A DNA stretch of 62,457 bases, the filler included, from Chiloscyllium plagiosum (taxonomy: Eukaryota): the NCBI RefSeq assembly GCF_004010195.1. It is 3 parts of one record of this genome, joined end to end, with 100 filler letters (N's around TTAATTAATTAA, not from the genome) between each part and the next. Parts side by side here need not be neighbours in the genome. Positions count along the whole stretch, not along the records: positions 1 to 27,146 come from NC_057716.1; 2 more parts are not named here. One strand, given 5' to 3'. Positions 12,030 to 25,854 of this stretch are shown here, piece by piece. The position numbers were made by a program, and so were the translations under genes. Positions within the stretch are counted from its first letter, which is position 1; each line of letters opens with the position of its first letter. Under the pieces are notes generated by a model that did no database searches, was not told the origin of the DNA, and worked only from the letters and a program-made list of their open reading frames with translations.

Positions 12030-13796
12030 GCAGGTGACTGAGGTGTCAGTGGGGGAGCACTTTAGGGCCAGTGACCATAATTCTATTAGTTTTAAAATAC
12101 TGATGGAAAAGGATAGACCAGATCTAAAAATTGAAGTTCTAAATTGGAGGAAGGCCAATTTTGACGGTATTAGGCAAGAACTTTCAAAAGCTGATTGGAG
12201 ACAGACGTTCGCAGGTAAAAGGATGGCTGGAAAATGGAAAGCCTTCAGAAATGAGATAAGGAGAGACCAGAGAAAGTATATTCCTGTTACGGTGAAAGGA
12301 AAGGCTGGTAGGTATAGGGAATGCTGGATGACTAAAGAAATTGAGGGTTTGGTTAAGAAAAAGAAGGAAGCATATGTCAGGTATAGTTAGGATAGATCGA
12401 GTGAATCCTCAAAAGAGTATAAAGGCAGTAGGAGTATACTTAAGAGAGAAATCAGGATGGCAGAAAAGGGACATGAGATAGCTTTGGTAAATAGAGTTAA
12501 GGAGAATCTAAAGGGTTTTTACAAATATATTAAGGACAAAAGGGTAACTAGGGAGAGAATAGGGCCCCCAAACATCAGCAAGATGACCTTTGTGTGGAGC
12601 CGCAGGAGATGGGGGAGATACTAAACGAGTATTTTTTTTACAAATATATTAAGGACAAAAGGGTAACTAGGGAGAGAATAGGGCCCCCAAACATCAGCAA
12701 GATGACCTTTGTGTGGATGGGGGAGATGGGGGAGATACTAAACGAGTATTTTGCATCAGTATTTACTGTGGAAAAGGACATGGAAGATGTAAAGTGTAGG
12801 GAAATAGATGGTGACATCTTGAAAAATGTCCATATTACAGAGGAGGAAGTACTGGATGTCTTGAAATGTATAAAAATGGATAAATCCCCAGGACCTGATC
12901 AGGTGTACCCTAGAATTCTGTGGGAAGCGAGAGAAGTGATTGCTGGGTCTCTTACTGAGATACTTGTATCATTGATAGGCACAGGTGAGGTGCTGGAAGA
13001 CTGGAGGTTGGCAAATGTGGTGCCGCTGTTTAAGAAAGTTGGTAAAGACAAGCCAGGGAAGTATAGACCAGTGAGCCTGACCTCGGTGGTGGGCAATATG
13101 GCTTTATGCGTGGAAAATCATGTTTTTTGAAGAAGTAACAAAGAGGATTGATGAGGGCAGAGCAATAGATGTGATTTATATGGACTTCAGTAAGTTGTTC
13201 GACAAGGTTCCCCATGGGAGACTGGTTAGCAAGGTTAGCTCTCATGGAATACAGGGAGAACTAGCCATTTGGATACAGAACTGGCTCAAAGGTAGAAGAC
13301 AGAGGGTGGTGGTGGAGAGTTGTTTTTCAGAATGGAGGCCCGTGACCAGTGGAGTGCCACAAAGATCGGTGCTGGGTCCACTACTTTTAGTCATTTATAT
13401 AAATGATTTGGATGTGAGCATAAGTGGTACAGTTTGTAAGTTTGCAAATGACACCAAAAATGGAGGTGTAGTGGACAGTGAAGAAGGTTATCTCAGATTA
13501 CAACAGGATCTTGACCAGATGGGCCAATGGGCTGAGGAGTGGCAGATGAAGTTTAATTCAGATAAATGTGAGGTGCTGCATTTTGGGAAAGCAAATCTTA
13601 GCAGGACTTATACACTTAACGGTAAGGTGCTAGGGAGTGATTGTTGAACAAAGTATGAATAGGAAGGGTTTGGAGGGATATGGGCCGGGTGCTGGTAGGT
13701 GTGACTAGATTGGGTTGAGATATCTGGTTGGCATGGACGAGTTGGACTGAAGGGTCTGTTTCCGTGCTGTACATCTCTATGACTCTATGACTCTAT
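12030..13796 (+). mobile_element. CR1 LINE, 5'-truncated and internally deleted ORF2 pseudo-copy
   Basis: SDHN, KSPGPD, YRPVSLTS, DFSKLFDKVPH, SVLGPLL and FANDT motifs; (CTCTATGA)n tail; stops and deletions. Confidence 0.92.
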
Positions 13797-14404
13797 TTTG
13801 TTATTGTCAATATATAAATGCACATTGCTGTTGTTGAGTCAGTGAACTTATTATTCACTTGCAAAGCATCAGACAAGGGGTTTTAAATTCCAAGAATTGG
13901 GGATTAAGGCATGAAGAAAATGGTCAGCGTGATATTTAAGAGATAAAGTCTCAGAAATGAAACATTAGAGTCGGAAACAACATTTGATTCTTTGCATCAG
14001 AATTTATTTTCCCATTTGTCAGAACTTCCAGTTTGTACATTTCAGTTGACAAGCTAATTGTCAGAGGAGGACATGAAAGGTAAAAGGTTTCAAGTCGAAA
14101 ATGTTGAGATTAGCCAGCACTTCAAGATGATTATATACTTAAGAACAGAAATGGACTTCAAAGGAAAAAAACATCTGTATTTTTGAGTTTGACAGTCTAT
14201 ACGAGGTATGCCAAGGCAATGTGCACTGAAGGTCAAGTTGACACCACAGCTCTAATAATACTGTGTCTCTTCATCAAATACAGGACTCGTGCCATCTTGC
14301 AAACTGCATGATTTTGTCAGAAAAGCCTTGGTGTGCAGGGTAGGATTTCACCGTTTAGCTCCAAAGACAGGCAGAAATTCTAATTGTTGCTATAATGACA
14401 GCGA

Positions 14405-14735
14405 CAGCCATGGCTCAGTTTGTAGCACTCCTGACTGGGAGTTGGAAGCTTGTGGGCTCACCGTCCCACTCTGGGATCTCAGCATAAGTCACAAGGATGA
14501 TCATTTGTTCCTACCTTGCACTAGTGGAGGTGCTACCTCTACAGTAAAGGTATTCACCAGAGTTCCAAGTAACCTGTTTTGGGTGGATAATGAAAATCCC
14601 GTGGCACTATTTCAAGGAGGAAGAGGGGGATTTTGCCCTGTATCCTGATCAACATCACTACAGTAGATTATCTGACTGTTATTACCTGTTTGTGGGAGCT
14701 TGCTGTGCACAAACCACCCCATTTCTCACATTACA
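14405..14735 (+). mobile_element. SacSINE1/DeuSINE-like relic
   Basis: tRNA head TGGCTCAGTTTGTAGCAC; Deu-like GTGGA..ATCCCGTGGCACTATTTC..GAAGAG core. Confidence 0.6.
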
Positions 14736-14746
14736 AGATTTTTTTG

Positions 14747-15068
14747 ATTAGATTCCCTATATTGAGGAAACAGGCCATTTGGTCCAACAAGTCCAATTGA
14801 CTCTCCGAAGACTAACCCACACAGACACATTCCCCTATATTTATCCCTGACGAATGCATCTTACACTACGGTCAATTTAGCATGGTCAATTCACCTGACC
14901 TGCACATCTTTTGGACTGTGGAGGAAACTGGAGCACCCAGAGGAAACACATGCAGACATGGGGAGAATATGCAAACTCCGCACAGACAGTCGCCTGAGGC
15001 AGGAATCAAACCCAAGTCCTTGGCGCTGTGAGGCAGCAGTGCTAACCACTGAACCACCGTGCTGCCCC
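14747..15068 (-). mobile_element. HE1-like SINE
   Basis: Full-length reverse-complement match to 489-809. Confidence 0.85.
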
Positions 15069-15413
15069 TTTTATTTCAGAAAGAAATACTTAAGTAAAAG
15101 GGTTAAGGCTAAATGCATAGGATAGGGCCTTACTGGTCATGATTTAAATTTGCTTGGCTCCTTTGGCAATATTTGCACTTCTAACTCTCACCTCTAAATT
15201 ATAGACAGGGATTCTGATTTCGGATTAATATGTCCATAACACGAGCGAAAGCTTTATGCAAACCCACAGGCCAAGAAATTCAAACTGGGAACAAGCCAGC
15301 AACTCAGCCAAAGTGTCAAAATTTAAAAGGGTACTTTGTGAACTGCAGGGAACAGTAGATGCATGCAGAGCATCAGTTCTACAATAGACATGCTTTGAGC
15401 TGTATATTCTGTG

Positions 15414-15967
15414 TGTTATAAACCAGGCAGACCCCCTCAATACATTTCAAGAAAGTAGCCCAGATCCTACCTTTGCCAGTAATTTTAAGCAGGTGTAAGG
15501 TGGATATTCTGGGAGTGATGCAGCTGGCCCAACCAACCAATTACCAAATGAAACACAAATAAAAGAGAACAGAATACAGAATAACTTAACCTCTCCAAAA
15601 ACCCAACAGACTATCCCAACTTAATGATGCTGTTCCAACTATTTGCAACAATCCCCATAAGCAGCCCTTGGCACAAAAGGTAAAATCAAACACAGGGTCT
15701 TACAGGAGAGATGTAAGAGAGAGAGTACCAGCTGGGACCTTTGGGTCCAGCAGCTTCAATACTCTGCTTACTAAAACCAAACCCATACCAGAGAATTTCT
15801 GAGCTGGGAGAACCGACCACTTACTCTTTCATTGTACAAGTGTTTTATTTTTTAAACTTGAGTGCCTTTTCAAGTAGACCAATCCCAGATATTTCAGAAC
15901 CTGTGTCTTTACGACCTCCTGAAAAAAAATGACAACCTAACCTTGATAAAGGAGCAGCATGGTTATA
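15414..15967. mobile_element. Probable solo LTR
   Basis: Begins TGTTAT and ends GTTATA (terminal CA probably mutated); flanked by TGTG on both sides (15410-13, 15968-71). Confidence 0.5.
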
Positions 15968-16147
15968 TGTGCAAACTATGAAATAAAGCCCAGAGCCTCC
16001 AATACTGACCATCACCAAATTCTACTCCAGTAACTTCAAACAGGGCAGGGTTTCATAGATAGAAACGTTCCAACAAAGCACGTACTGTAGTTCAACAGCA
16101 ACAATTTGTCTGTCTGTATAGTGCTATTAGTACTGTAGGTCAACAGT

Positions 16148-16322
16148 GCCTACCTTGAAGAACTTCTCTCTCCACAAGAATCTCAGTGTGTGTCTCTCTC
16201 TCTCCACTCTGGAGGCTTCCGGCCTGTATTCCTGATGAAGAGCTTTTGCCCAAAACGTCAATTTTCCTGCTCCTCGGATGCTGCCTGACCGACTGTGCTT
16301 TTCCAGCGCCACTCTGATCTAA
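16148..16322 (+). mobile_element. PLE pLTR (type A) fragment inside a ~48-bp tandem repeat
   Basis: CTGATGA core at 16232; flanks are copies of TACTGTAGTTCAACAGCAACAATTTGTCTGTCT..ATTAG. Confidence 0.7.
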
Positions 16323-16659
16323 ACAACAATTTGTCTGTCTATATAGCGCTATTAGTACTGTAGTTCAGCAGCAACAATTTGTGTGTCTATACAGTGCGAT
16401 TAGGATAGTAATTTACACTAGGTGCTTCATGGAGTGTTACCAAATGAAACTTTGATGAAGACACAAAGGGAGATATTAGGGCCATTGTCAATGAACTTGG
16501 CAAAGAAATCATGAGAGGAACAGGTGGAGGGGATAAAAGAGGAAATTTTAGAGCTTAGGGCCCGGGCAGCTGAAGGCACGGTCACCAATAATGGGGCGCA
16601 AGAATTGGAGGTGGACAATGCTCTGCGAGTGTTGTTTTCTGAAAGGAGGTTAGAAATTT

Positions 16660-17030
16660 TAAAACCATATGGCACAGGAAGAGAAGTAGGCCATTCAACC
16701 CATTGAGTAGCCTCCACCACTGAGTGATATCATGGCTTTTCAGATAATCCTCAACTCCACATTCCTGCTTTCTCCCTAAAACCCTTGATTAACTTACTGA
16801 TTAAACATCTATTTCAGCTTTGAATATACTTAATGACACAGCCTAAGCAACTCTCTGTAGTAAAGAATTCTACAGGTTCACAGGCTCTCTGAGAGAAGAA
16901 ATTCTGCCTCATGTCTACTTTAAATGTGTGATCCCTTAATCTGAGATTAGGCCCCCTTGTTTTAGACTCTCCCACAAGGGAAAGCAACGTTTCCACATTT
17001 AACTTGTCAAATCCTCTAAGAGTCTTGATT
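16660..17030 (-). mobile_element. Old CR1 3' end
   Basis: GESKTRG..NFFSQR remnants on the minus strand. Confidence 0.6.
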
Positions 17031-17924
17031 CTTCCATCAAAATCTCAATAATTCTGGTGTGGTGAAGTTATGGAAATTGATTGAAGGAGTGAGATAATTT
17101 AAGCTCTGCTGAAGTCTTTGTAGAGAACACCTATGCAAACCTCCTGTACCACATTTCTATGGGATACAGAGAAGTGGGAAAGGGAATCCCAGATTGAGGT
17201 GGCTGGCCTCATGATACAAGATGCCGATTGTAAGAACATATATCTATTTACAACTCAGGCAGCAAGCAGAGTGCATACTCCTCATCACCTCCCTTGAGCC
17301 AGAGCAGAAAGTGAGTGCCCAAGAGTTGCAGTAAATGGACACATCGTCACATCCAAAACCTGCCCTCAATGACCTTAATCCCATTGAGGCTGAAGGCAGC
17401 TACAGGCACAAAGCAAGAAGATAACAGGGTTAGAGGGAACATCCAGGTTGGGTCTGTTCTCCCTAAATGACCCGAGCTTAATACCAATAGAGCAAAATAA
17501 ATCAAAATCAAAGCATAGGATTCAGCTGCATTAGGTTAACTATCAATTGATGAAATGCAGATAAAGGGCATAAATTGAATGATTACACGATCACATGGAA
17601 AAAGACATTCTCCCCTAGCCAGAGGACACTGCTAATGCTGGAGTACATAAACTCTCTTCCCCCATCCCCCTCACATTGATGTTTTAATTTAACTTATTAT
17701 ACTTTATTCTTGTACTTATTATACTTTCATTTTGCTTATAGTGCCCTATTAATGGACTGTTTGTTTGGTTTGATTGTCTTCTAAAAAGAGCATGCAGAGT
17801 CATAGTGATAAGAGTGCATTATTTCCCACGCCCACAAATGTTTCTTTGGTTTAAATTTAAGTTCCCTTTAAAAAATGGATTTTTGCTATAGTGCCCCTTT
17901 ATGGGCCAGTTCCTCAGTCACACA

Positions 17925-20900
17925 GTCTTAGAGTCCTGCGGCACAGAGACAGGCCCTTTGGCCCAAACTGTACCATGCCGACCAAAATGTCCATCCACAC
18001 TAACCCCACTTCCCTGCACTTGGCCCATCTCCTTCCAAACCTTTCCTCTCCATATATTTGTCCAAATGCCTTTTAAATATTGTTAATATACCCACCTCAA
18101 CCACTTCCGCTGGCAGCTCATTCTATAAGCATATCACTCTCTATGTAAAAATGTTGCCTCTCAGGTTCCCTTTTATTCTTTCCCCTTTAACCTTAAACTG
18201 ATGCCCTCTAGTCCTTGATTCCACAAACCTGGGAAAAAGGGTGAGTGCATTCAGCCTATTCCATGCCTCTCATGGTCTTATACACTTTTGTATAATACCC
18301 CTCCTACACTTGAAAGAAAAATGTCTTAGCCTGTCCAACCTCTCCCTATAACTCAGACCATTGTGTCCTGGCAACCTCCTTGTCAATCCCTTCTGCATTC
18401 TTTCCAGTTTAATAACATCCTTCCTATAACAAGATGACCAAAAGTGAACACAATACTACAAGTGCGTCCTGTACAACCGCAATATAATTTCCCAACTTCT
18501 ATACTCAACGCCCTGACTGATGAAGGCCAGTTTGTCAAAAGCCTTCTTCACTGTCCTGTCTAGAGAACTGTGCACCTGAACTCCAATGTCTCTCCGTTCA
18601 CTACACTCCTTAAGACCCTACCATTCACCATGAAATTCCTGCCTTGACTTGACTTTCCAACATGCGATACCTCACACTTATCTATATTAAATTCCATTTG
18701 CTATTTCTCGGCCCACTCCCCCAGCTGATCAAGTCCTGCTGCAATTTCTGATAACCTTCCTCACTGTCTACGATACTGCCTATTTTAGTGTCATCTGCAA
18801 TCATGCCTTCTAAATTCTCATCCAAATCATTGATATAGATAACAACAGTAATGCGCCCAGCACCGACCCCTGAGGCACTTCACTAGTCACAGGCCTCTAG
18901 TCTGACAAGCATCCTTCCAGTATTGACCTCTGCTTCCTACCGTCAAGCCAATTGTGTATCCAATTTGTCAGCTCCTCTGGAATTCCATGCAATCTAACCT
19001 CCCAGAGCAGCCTACCATATGGAACCTTATCAAAGGCCTTATTGAAATCCATGTAGACTACTGCCCTGCCCTCGTAAACCTTCCTGGTCACTTTATCAAA
19101 GAACTCTTAACAAATTTGTGAGATATGATCTCCCATGCACAAACCCTGTCTTTCCAAATGCATGTATATCTCTCAGAATCTTCTCAAAGTAACTTACCCA
19201 CCACAGAAGTTAAGCTCACTGGTCTATAGTTCCCAGGCTTTTCTTTGCAGTCCTTCTTGAATAAGGGCACAACATTCGCTACCCTCCAGTCTTCTGGGTC
19301 CTCATCCACGGCTAACGATGATACAAAAATATCAGCCAGGGCCCCTGTGGTTTCTTCTCTGGCCTCTTGCAGTGTTCTTGGATGTATGTGGTCAGAATCA
19401 GGAGATTTATCCACCTTCATACATTCTCATATGTCCAACACCTAATCCACTGCGAAATGGACTGTCCCCAAGATTTAGAGTCATAGCGTAATAGAGATGT
19501 ACAGCATGGAAACAGACCCTTCGATCCAACCCATCCATGCTGACCAGATATCCCAACCCAAACTAGTCCCACCTGCCAGCACCCAGCCCATATCTCTCCA
19601 AACCCTTCCTATTCATCCCATCCAAATGCCTCTTAAATGTTGCAATTGAACCAGCCTCCACCACATCCTCTGGCAGCTCGTTCCATACCCGTACCACCCT
19701 CTGTGTGAAAACGTTGCCCCTTAGGCCTCTTTTATATCTTTCCCCTCTCACCCTAAACCTATGCCCTCTAGTTCTGGACTCCCCGACTCGAGGGAAAAAG
19801 ACTTTGCCTATTTACCCTATCCATGCCCCTCACCAGTAACTTCCCCAAGTTCCCAAGTCTTCATGTCTTTCTCCACGTTAACACAGAGGAGAAATATTCA
19901 TTGAGGACCTCGCCCATCTCCTGTGTGTCTATACATACATGGCCACTTTGGTCCTTGAGGGGTCGTATTTTCTCTCTAGTTATTCTATTTTCTTTATTAT
20001 ACTTAAAGTGCCTCTTTGGATTCACTCTAATCTTCTCAGCCAAGACTATCTTGTGCTCCCTTTTCACCCTCCTGATTTCCTTCCTCAGTAAACTCCTGTA
20101 TCCCCTATATACCTCCAGGGATTCCTTTGATCCCAGCTGCCTGTATCTGAGCTATGCCTCCTTATTCTTTCTGGTCAAGGTCTCAATATCTCTTGTCATC
20201 CAGCGTTCCCTATTCCTGTCAACCTTGCCCTTCACCCTCACAGGAACATATAGACCTTGAACTCTAGCTATCTCCCTTTTAAAGGCCTCCCACTTACCAG
20301 AGATGCCTTTGCCTGCAAACAATCTACTCCAATCAACCCCTGCAAACTCCTGATGAATTCCATCCAAATTCACCTTGCCCCAATTTAAAACATAAACTTG
20401 TGGACCAGTAATGTTCCTCTCCATAACTGTTTTAAAATTAGTAGAACTATGGTCACTGGTCCGAAAGTGCTCCCCCACTGTCACCTTAGTCACCTGTCAT
20501 AGAGTCATACAGCATGGAAACAGACACTTTGGTCCAACTCTTCCATGCTGACCAGATATCCTAAATTAATTAGATTAGATTACTTACAGTGTGGAAACAG
20601 GCCCTTCAGCCCAACAAGTCCACACTGACCCGCCGAAGCGCAACCCACCCATTACCTTAACCTAACACTACGGGCAATTTAGCATGGCCAATTCACCTAA
20701 CCTGCACATCTTTGGAGTGTGGGAGGAAACCGGAGCACCCGGAGGAAACCCACGCAGACACTGGGAGAATGTGCAAACTCCACACAGACAGTCGTCTGAG
20801 TCGGGAATTGAACCCGGGTCTCTGGCGCTGTGAGGCAGCAGTGCTGTGCCGCCCACGAATCTAGTCCCATTTGCCAGACTTGGCCCATATCCCTCTAAAC

Positions 20901-21650
20901 TTTTCCTATTCATATACCCATCCAGATGCCTTTTAAATGTTGCAATTGTACCATCCTCCACCACGTCCTCCAGCAGCTCATTCAATACACGCACCACTCT
21001 CTGCATGAAAACGTTGCCCCTTAGGTCCCTTTCATATCTTTCACCCCTCATCCTCGACCTATGCCCTCTAGTTCTGGACTCTCCCACCCCAGGGAAAAGA
21101 CCGATCCCTATTTACCCTATCCATGCCCCTCATGATTTTATAAACCTCTATAAGGTCACCCCTCAGCCTTTGACGCTCCAGGGAAAACAACCCCAGCCTC
21201 TCCATATAGCTCAAACCCTCCAACCCAGGCAACACCTTTGTAAATCTTTTCTGAACCCTTTCAAGTTTCACAAGTTTCTACAGGAGGGAGATCAGAATTG
21301 CACACAATCCCTGCCCTTTTTCCAAAGAGTGGGTTGTGTTTTGCCCTTCCAGAGTAGGACTCTCTTATTTGTACTGCTCAAGGAAACTTTCCTGAATGGA
21401 TTTAGCAAATTCCACCCCATCTAAGTCCTTAATGCTCTGGCAGTCCCAGTCTATGTCAGTAAAATTAAAATCCACCTACTATTGCTCCTGCAAGTCTCTC
21501 CAATCTCCTTGCACATTTGTTCCTCTAATTCCCGTTGACTACTTGAGGGCCTATAAAATAACCCCAATAACGTCACCATCCCTTTCTTATTTCTTAGCTC
21601 CACCCACAAAGCCTTACTGGATGATCCTTTCGTTATTTCATCTCTGATTG
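17925..21650 (-). mobile_element. CR1 LINE (decayed ORF2, endonuclease to 3' tail) with nested younger CR1 3' ends (~19478-19830, ~20498-21310)
   Basis: Minus-strand ORFs with DFNKAFDKVP, NYRPVSLTS and SDHS motifs in collinear order; internal CR1 tails mark the nested copies. Confidence 0.88.
20570..20856 (-). mobile_element. HE1-like SINE nested in a CR1 3' UTR
   Basis: Match to 489-809; the CR1 tail continues on both sides. Confidence 0.85.
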
Positions 21651-21966
21651 CTTAGATTAGATTTTTGAGGTAATTTGTTTTTCCACAGGAGGTAAATGGA
21701 CACTGATGAACAAGGGGGCGGTGGAGTGAGTTGGGAGGTGGATATATGTTTGAATAAGTTGGAACTGCTCTCCTGGAGAGGAGAGGTTCAGAGGAGATTT
21801 GCTGGAGGTTTTAAAAAAATCATAAGCAGACAGGACAGAGTAGGTAGGGAGAAGCTGTTTCCCACTCACAGAAATAAGAATGAGACGATACAGTTTTAAA
21901 GGGATCTGCAAGCTCAAATCTGTTTTACTCAGCAAGTACTTAAGTTTTGGACAGCACTGACTGGAA

Positions 21967-22275
21967 ATTAGATTCCCTACAGTGTGGAAACAGGCCATCT
22001 GGTCCAACAAGTGCACACTGACCCTCCAAAAAGTAACCTGCCAGACCCATTTCCCTCTGACGAATACACCTAACACTATGGGCAATTTAGCATGGCCAAT
22101 CCATCTGACCTGTATGTCTTTGGATTGTGGGAGGGATCCAGAGCACCTGGAGGAAATCCATGCAGACCCGGGGAGAATGTACAAACTCCACACAGTCACC
22201 TGAGGCTGGAATCGAACCCAGGTCCCTTGCACTATGAGGCAGTAGTGTTAACCACTGCGACATCATGCTGTGCCA
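21967..22275 (-). mobile_element. HE1-like SINE
   Basis: Match to 489-809. Confidence 0.8.
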
Positions 22276-22669
22276 TGCCAATATGATGGAGGCATGTTCA
22301 ACTGATGATACAAGAGAGTACGGGATGATTATTTGGATAGAAATTGTAAAGAGGGACATGGGGAAAAGGCAAGATATTCACACTAAAGAATTGAACTGGT
22401 GCATGCACAATTATCTGAATGGCCTCCTTCTGTGATGTTAATAATTCTATGATTTCTTTCACTTTGTGAGCAAATCTATTCAAAGCAAAAATTAGCCTGT
22501 GTTTCTTTTTGTACTAAGAGGCCATCAGGAAGAAAATACATCAGTACCTTTTTTTGTTTATCCCCATTGTAGAAAATTTCAATAAATAATATCCTTTCCT
22601 ATTCATTAGGAAAGGATATTCCAGTGAATTAAAACCACTTGCAAGGCTATGATTCATAACTGAAACAAG

Positions 22670-23010
22670 GGGAGGTGATAGCCTACTGGTATTATCACTA
22701 GATTATTAATCCAGAGATTCTGGTAATATTCTGGGGACCTGGGTTTGAATGCTGCCGTGGCAGTTAATGGGATTTAATGATGGTGGAGTCTAATGATGAT
22801 CATGATATGATTATTGATTGTTGGGGAAGACGTCGTCTGGTTCACTAATATCATTCCAAGGAAGGAAACTGCCATCCTTCCCTGGTCTGGCCTACATGTG
22901 ACTTCAGACCCACAACAATGTGATTTATACTTAACTGCCCTCTGTGCAATTAGGGTTGGGTAATAAATGCTGGCCTGGTCAGCGATGCTCACATTGTATG
23001 AATAAGAAAA
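22670..23010 (+). mobile_element. Second tRNA-derived SINE family with LINE-derived tail
   Basis: Head GGAGGTGATAGCCTACTGG..GGGTTTGAAT; tail GGGTAATAAATGCTGGCC; related copy at ~47800-48250. Confidence 0.55.
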
Positions 23011-23589
23011 ATCTCTAAATCAGACGAGGCCATTCAGCCCACAGTACTTGAGTTGGTTCTTTGAATGGTCCAAAAGTTGCTCATTGAGGAGAGAGGTTTA
23101 TTGCTGGTCGCAGGAAACATAACCAACTTGTTTCTAATTCTGGCCTACTGGCAGTTGCATATTTTACAGATCCAATCTCTTTTGTTAAAGTTTATTTATA
23201 TTTGGTGCTTGCTTTTTGTGCAGGGAGAATTGCTGAATCAAGGAATTAAATGCTTTGTAATGAACACATTTTCAAACTGGCTATTTTTGTCCCAGTACAT
23301 GGAAATCTCCAGTTAGGCATAGCTCTGCAGTCAGCAATTCAGTTTATTGCTCTCTTGACATCTAAACCTGAATAATCTCCAGTCCTGAGTTCCAAAAACC
23401 TGCAGCAAATTTTCTTTATAGAAATGACTTTTCATACTTCAGAACTCCAAAATACTTTGAATCATTTCCTATAGAATGGGAAACAAAGGCAGAAAGAAGA
23501 AACTTGAATTTATATAGCACCTTTCATGACCACACAATGTCCCAAAGTACTTTAGAGCCAATAAAGCACTTTTGTATCATTGTTATAAT

Positions 23590-24035
23590 TGAATTGAATT
23601 GAATTTATTGTCACGTGTACCGAGGCACAGTGAAAAGCTTTGACTTGTGAGCAACACAGGCAGATCACAGAGTTAAGTAGCATTGATCAGTAAATAATAG
23701 GTAAACAGCGGCAAAAACAAAAACACAGGTACAGGCGAATGTTAAGAGTTTGTGAGTCCATTCAGTATTCTAACAACAGTAGGGTAGAAACTGTTTCCAA
23801 ACCAGCTGGTGGGTGTGTTCAGGCTTCTGTACCTTCTCCCTGATGGTGGAGGTTGTAGAAAAGCATTGCCAGGGTGGGATGGATCTTTGAGAATGCTGGC
23901 GGCCTTTCCTTGACAGCGGGCCTGGTAGATGGATTCTGTAGATGGGAGGTTGGCCTTTGTGATTGTCCGGGCTGAGTTCACCACTCTCTGTAACCGTCTC
24001 TGATCTTTGAATGATGTATGTACCAGGTAGTGGTA
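23590..24035 (-). mobile_element. Rex1/Babar-type LINE 3' fragment
   Basis: LQRVVNSARTI..KAASILKDPSHPG..PSGRRYRSL..NSFYP C-terminus typical of Rex1/Babar; AATAAA(TTCAA)n tail. Confidence 0.8.
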
Positions 24036-24689
24036 CATCCAGACAGAATGCGCACCCATAAAAGTTGGCAAGGTTATTCACTGGTAGGAATGTAGGGAAC
24101 ATGGCAGCACCTGCAAACAGCATTAAGTGCTGGTTGAGGGATGGATATTGGCCAGGAATAAATCACTTTCTCTTCAAAACATTTCTATGCGATCTTTTAC
24201 ATCCACTTGATAGGGTTGTAGGAGCCCAAATTTAACATTCCATCTGAAAGACAGAACCTCTGATAATACAGTGATTTCTAAGCGCTGTATTTTAATGTTC
24301 TAACTCCTTCCTCCTCCGAACATATTTTAAGTCAGCACGGAGCAGTGGCGATATTATTGATACCTCAATAAAGCGCAAAAGATTTGCGAGCTGTAGGGCC
24401 CTGTTTGGAGGTGATATGTGTTCAATATTTGCCTTGAACGGAGCTGTACTGTGCACCATGAACCAGAGGTGTTCAAATTAATGGGGGCATTTTGAAAGGG
24501 AGAAAGTAAATTCCAATCTCAGTATCAGTGGACCAGATTAAAGAGCTGGACGGAGAAGAAAAAGGGTATTTAACAGGGTGATTACCGCCTGATTGTAATT
24601 CCCCCAAAGGTCTTGAAAGGATGACAAATGTAATTGAGTTTACAATTTACCAAGGCTCATTCAACAAAACCATTCACCAAGCTCCTTTT

Positions 24690-25470
24690 TCTAATGGACC
24701 GAGGCAGCAGACACATGGGAACACCACCTTCTGCAAGTTCCACTCCAAACCACACACCATCCTAGCTTGGAAATTATTATTCTTTCATTCACTGGCTGGG
24801 CCCAGCATTTATTGCCCATCCCTCATTGCATTTGAGGAGGTAGTGGTAAGCTGCCTTCTTGAACCACAGCAGTTCATGAACTGCAGGTAGTCCTACAAGA
24901 CCAGTAGGGATGGAATTCCAGGAATTTAGATCCAGAGAAGGCATTGAATGAATGGTGATATATTTTCAAATCAGGATGGTGAGTGGCTTGGAAGGGAACT
25001 TGCAGGAAGCGTTGTTTCCACATGTCTGCTGTCCCTGTCCTTCTGGTAGGTAGTGATTGTGGGTTTGGAAGGAGCTGTCGAAGGATCTTCGGCAAATTTC
25101 TGCAGTAGATCTTGTCGATAGCGCACACTGCTGCTATTGGGTTTTGGTGATGCAGAGAGTGAATGTTTGGGATGTGGTGCTAATCAAGCAGACGGCTTTG
25201 TCATACATAGTATCAAGCTTCTTGACTATGTTAGAGCTGGCCTCATCCAGGCGATGGGAAGTATTCCATCACATTCCTGACTTGATTTTACTTAGGTCAT
25301 TCCTTCACAGTTGCTGGGTCAAACTTTTGGAACTGACCCTCCCCCCCATCCCCAACCCCATTCCCACATGGACTGTAACAGTTCAAGACAGCTGCTTACC
25401 TTCTTCTTAAGGGGATTGAGGAGTTGATAATAAATGCTACCCCAGCCAGCAATGCCCACATCCCATGAGT
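24690..25470. mobile_element. Nested old LINE 3' tails in both orientations
   Basis: Plus-strand tail split by a minus-strand copy of the same family (~24780-25290). Confidence 0.5.
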
Positions 25471-25854
25471 GAACTTAAGAGAAAACTAATAACTCAAATT
25501 GTGTGCAGTTAGATTTGTTTACTTGCCCAGGCAAGTTTTACAACAGATCATCATCTCATTTTTTGACTAGCGAGCTGTTTCCCTGTTGCAGCTTAACATG
25601 GAACCAGAGGCAGTCACCGATGTGGTAATTAGATTTTTAAACCACAATTTGCAGGCAATCTAGCAAAGTTTCGAGTGGAAGTGTCTCATTCATTTCAATG
25701 TTAAGGATTTTTCTGCCTGCATGTTGATTTTATGGTAATTCTTTTTTCTATAATGAATCCATTTGGGGAATCAAATCTCACTGAACATGATGGTATATGG
25801 ATTACTATTACAGGTTTTTTTTAAAATAGAATCCCAACAGTGTGGAAACAGGCC

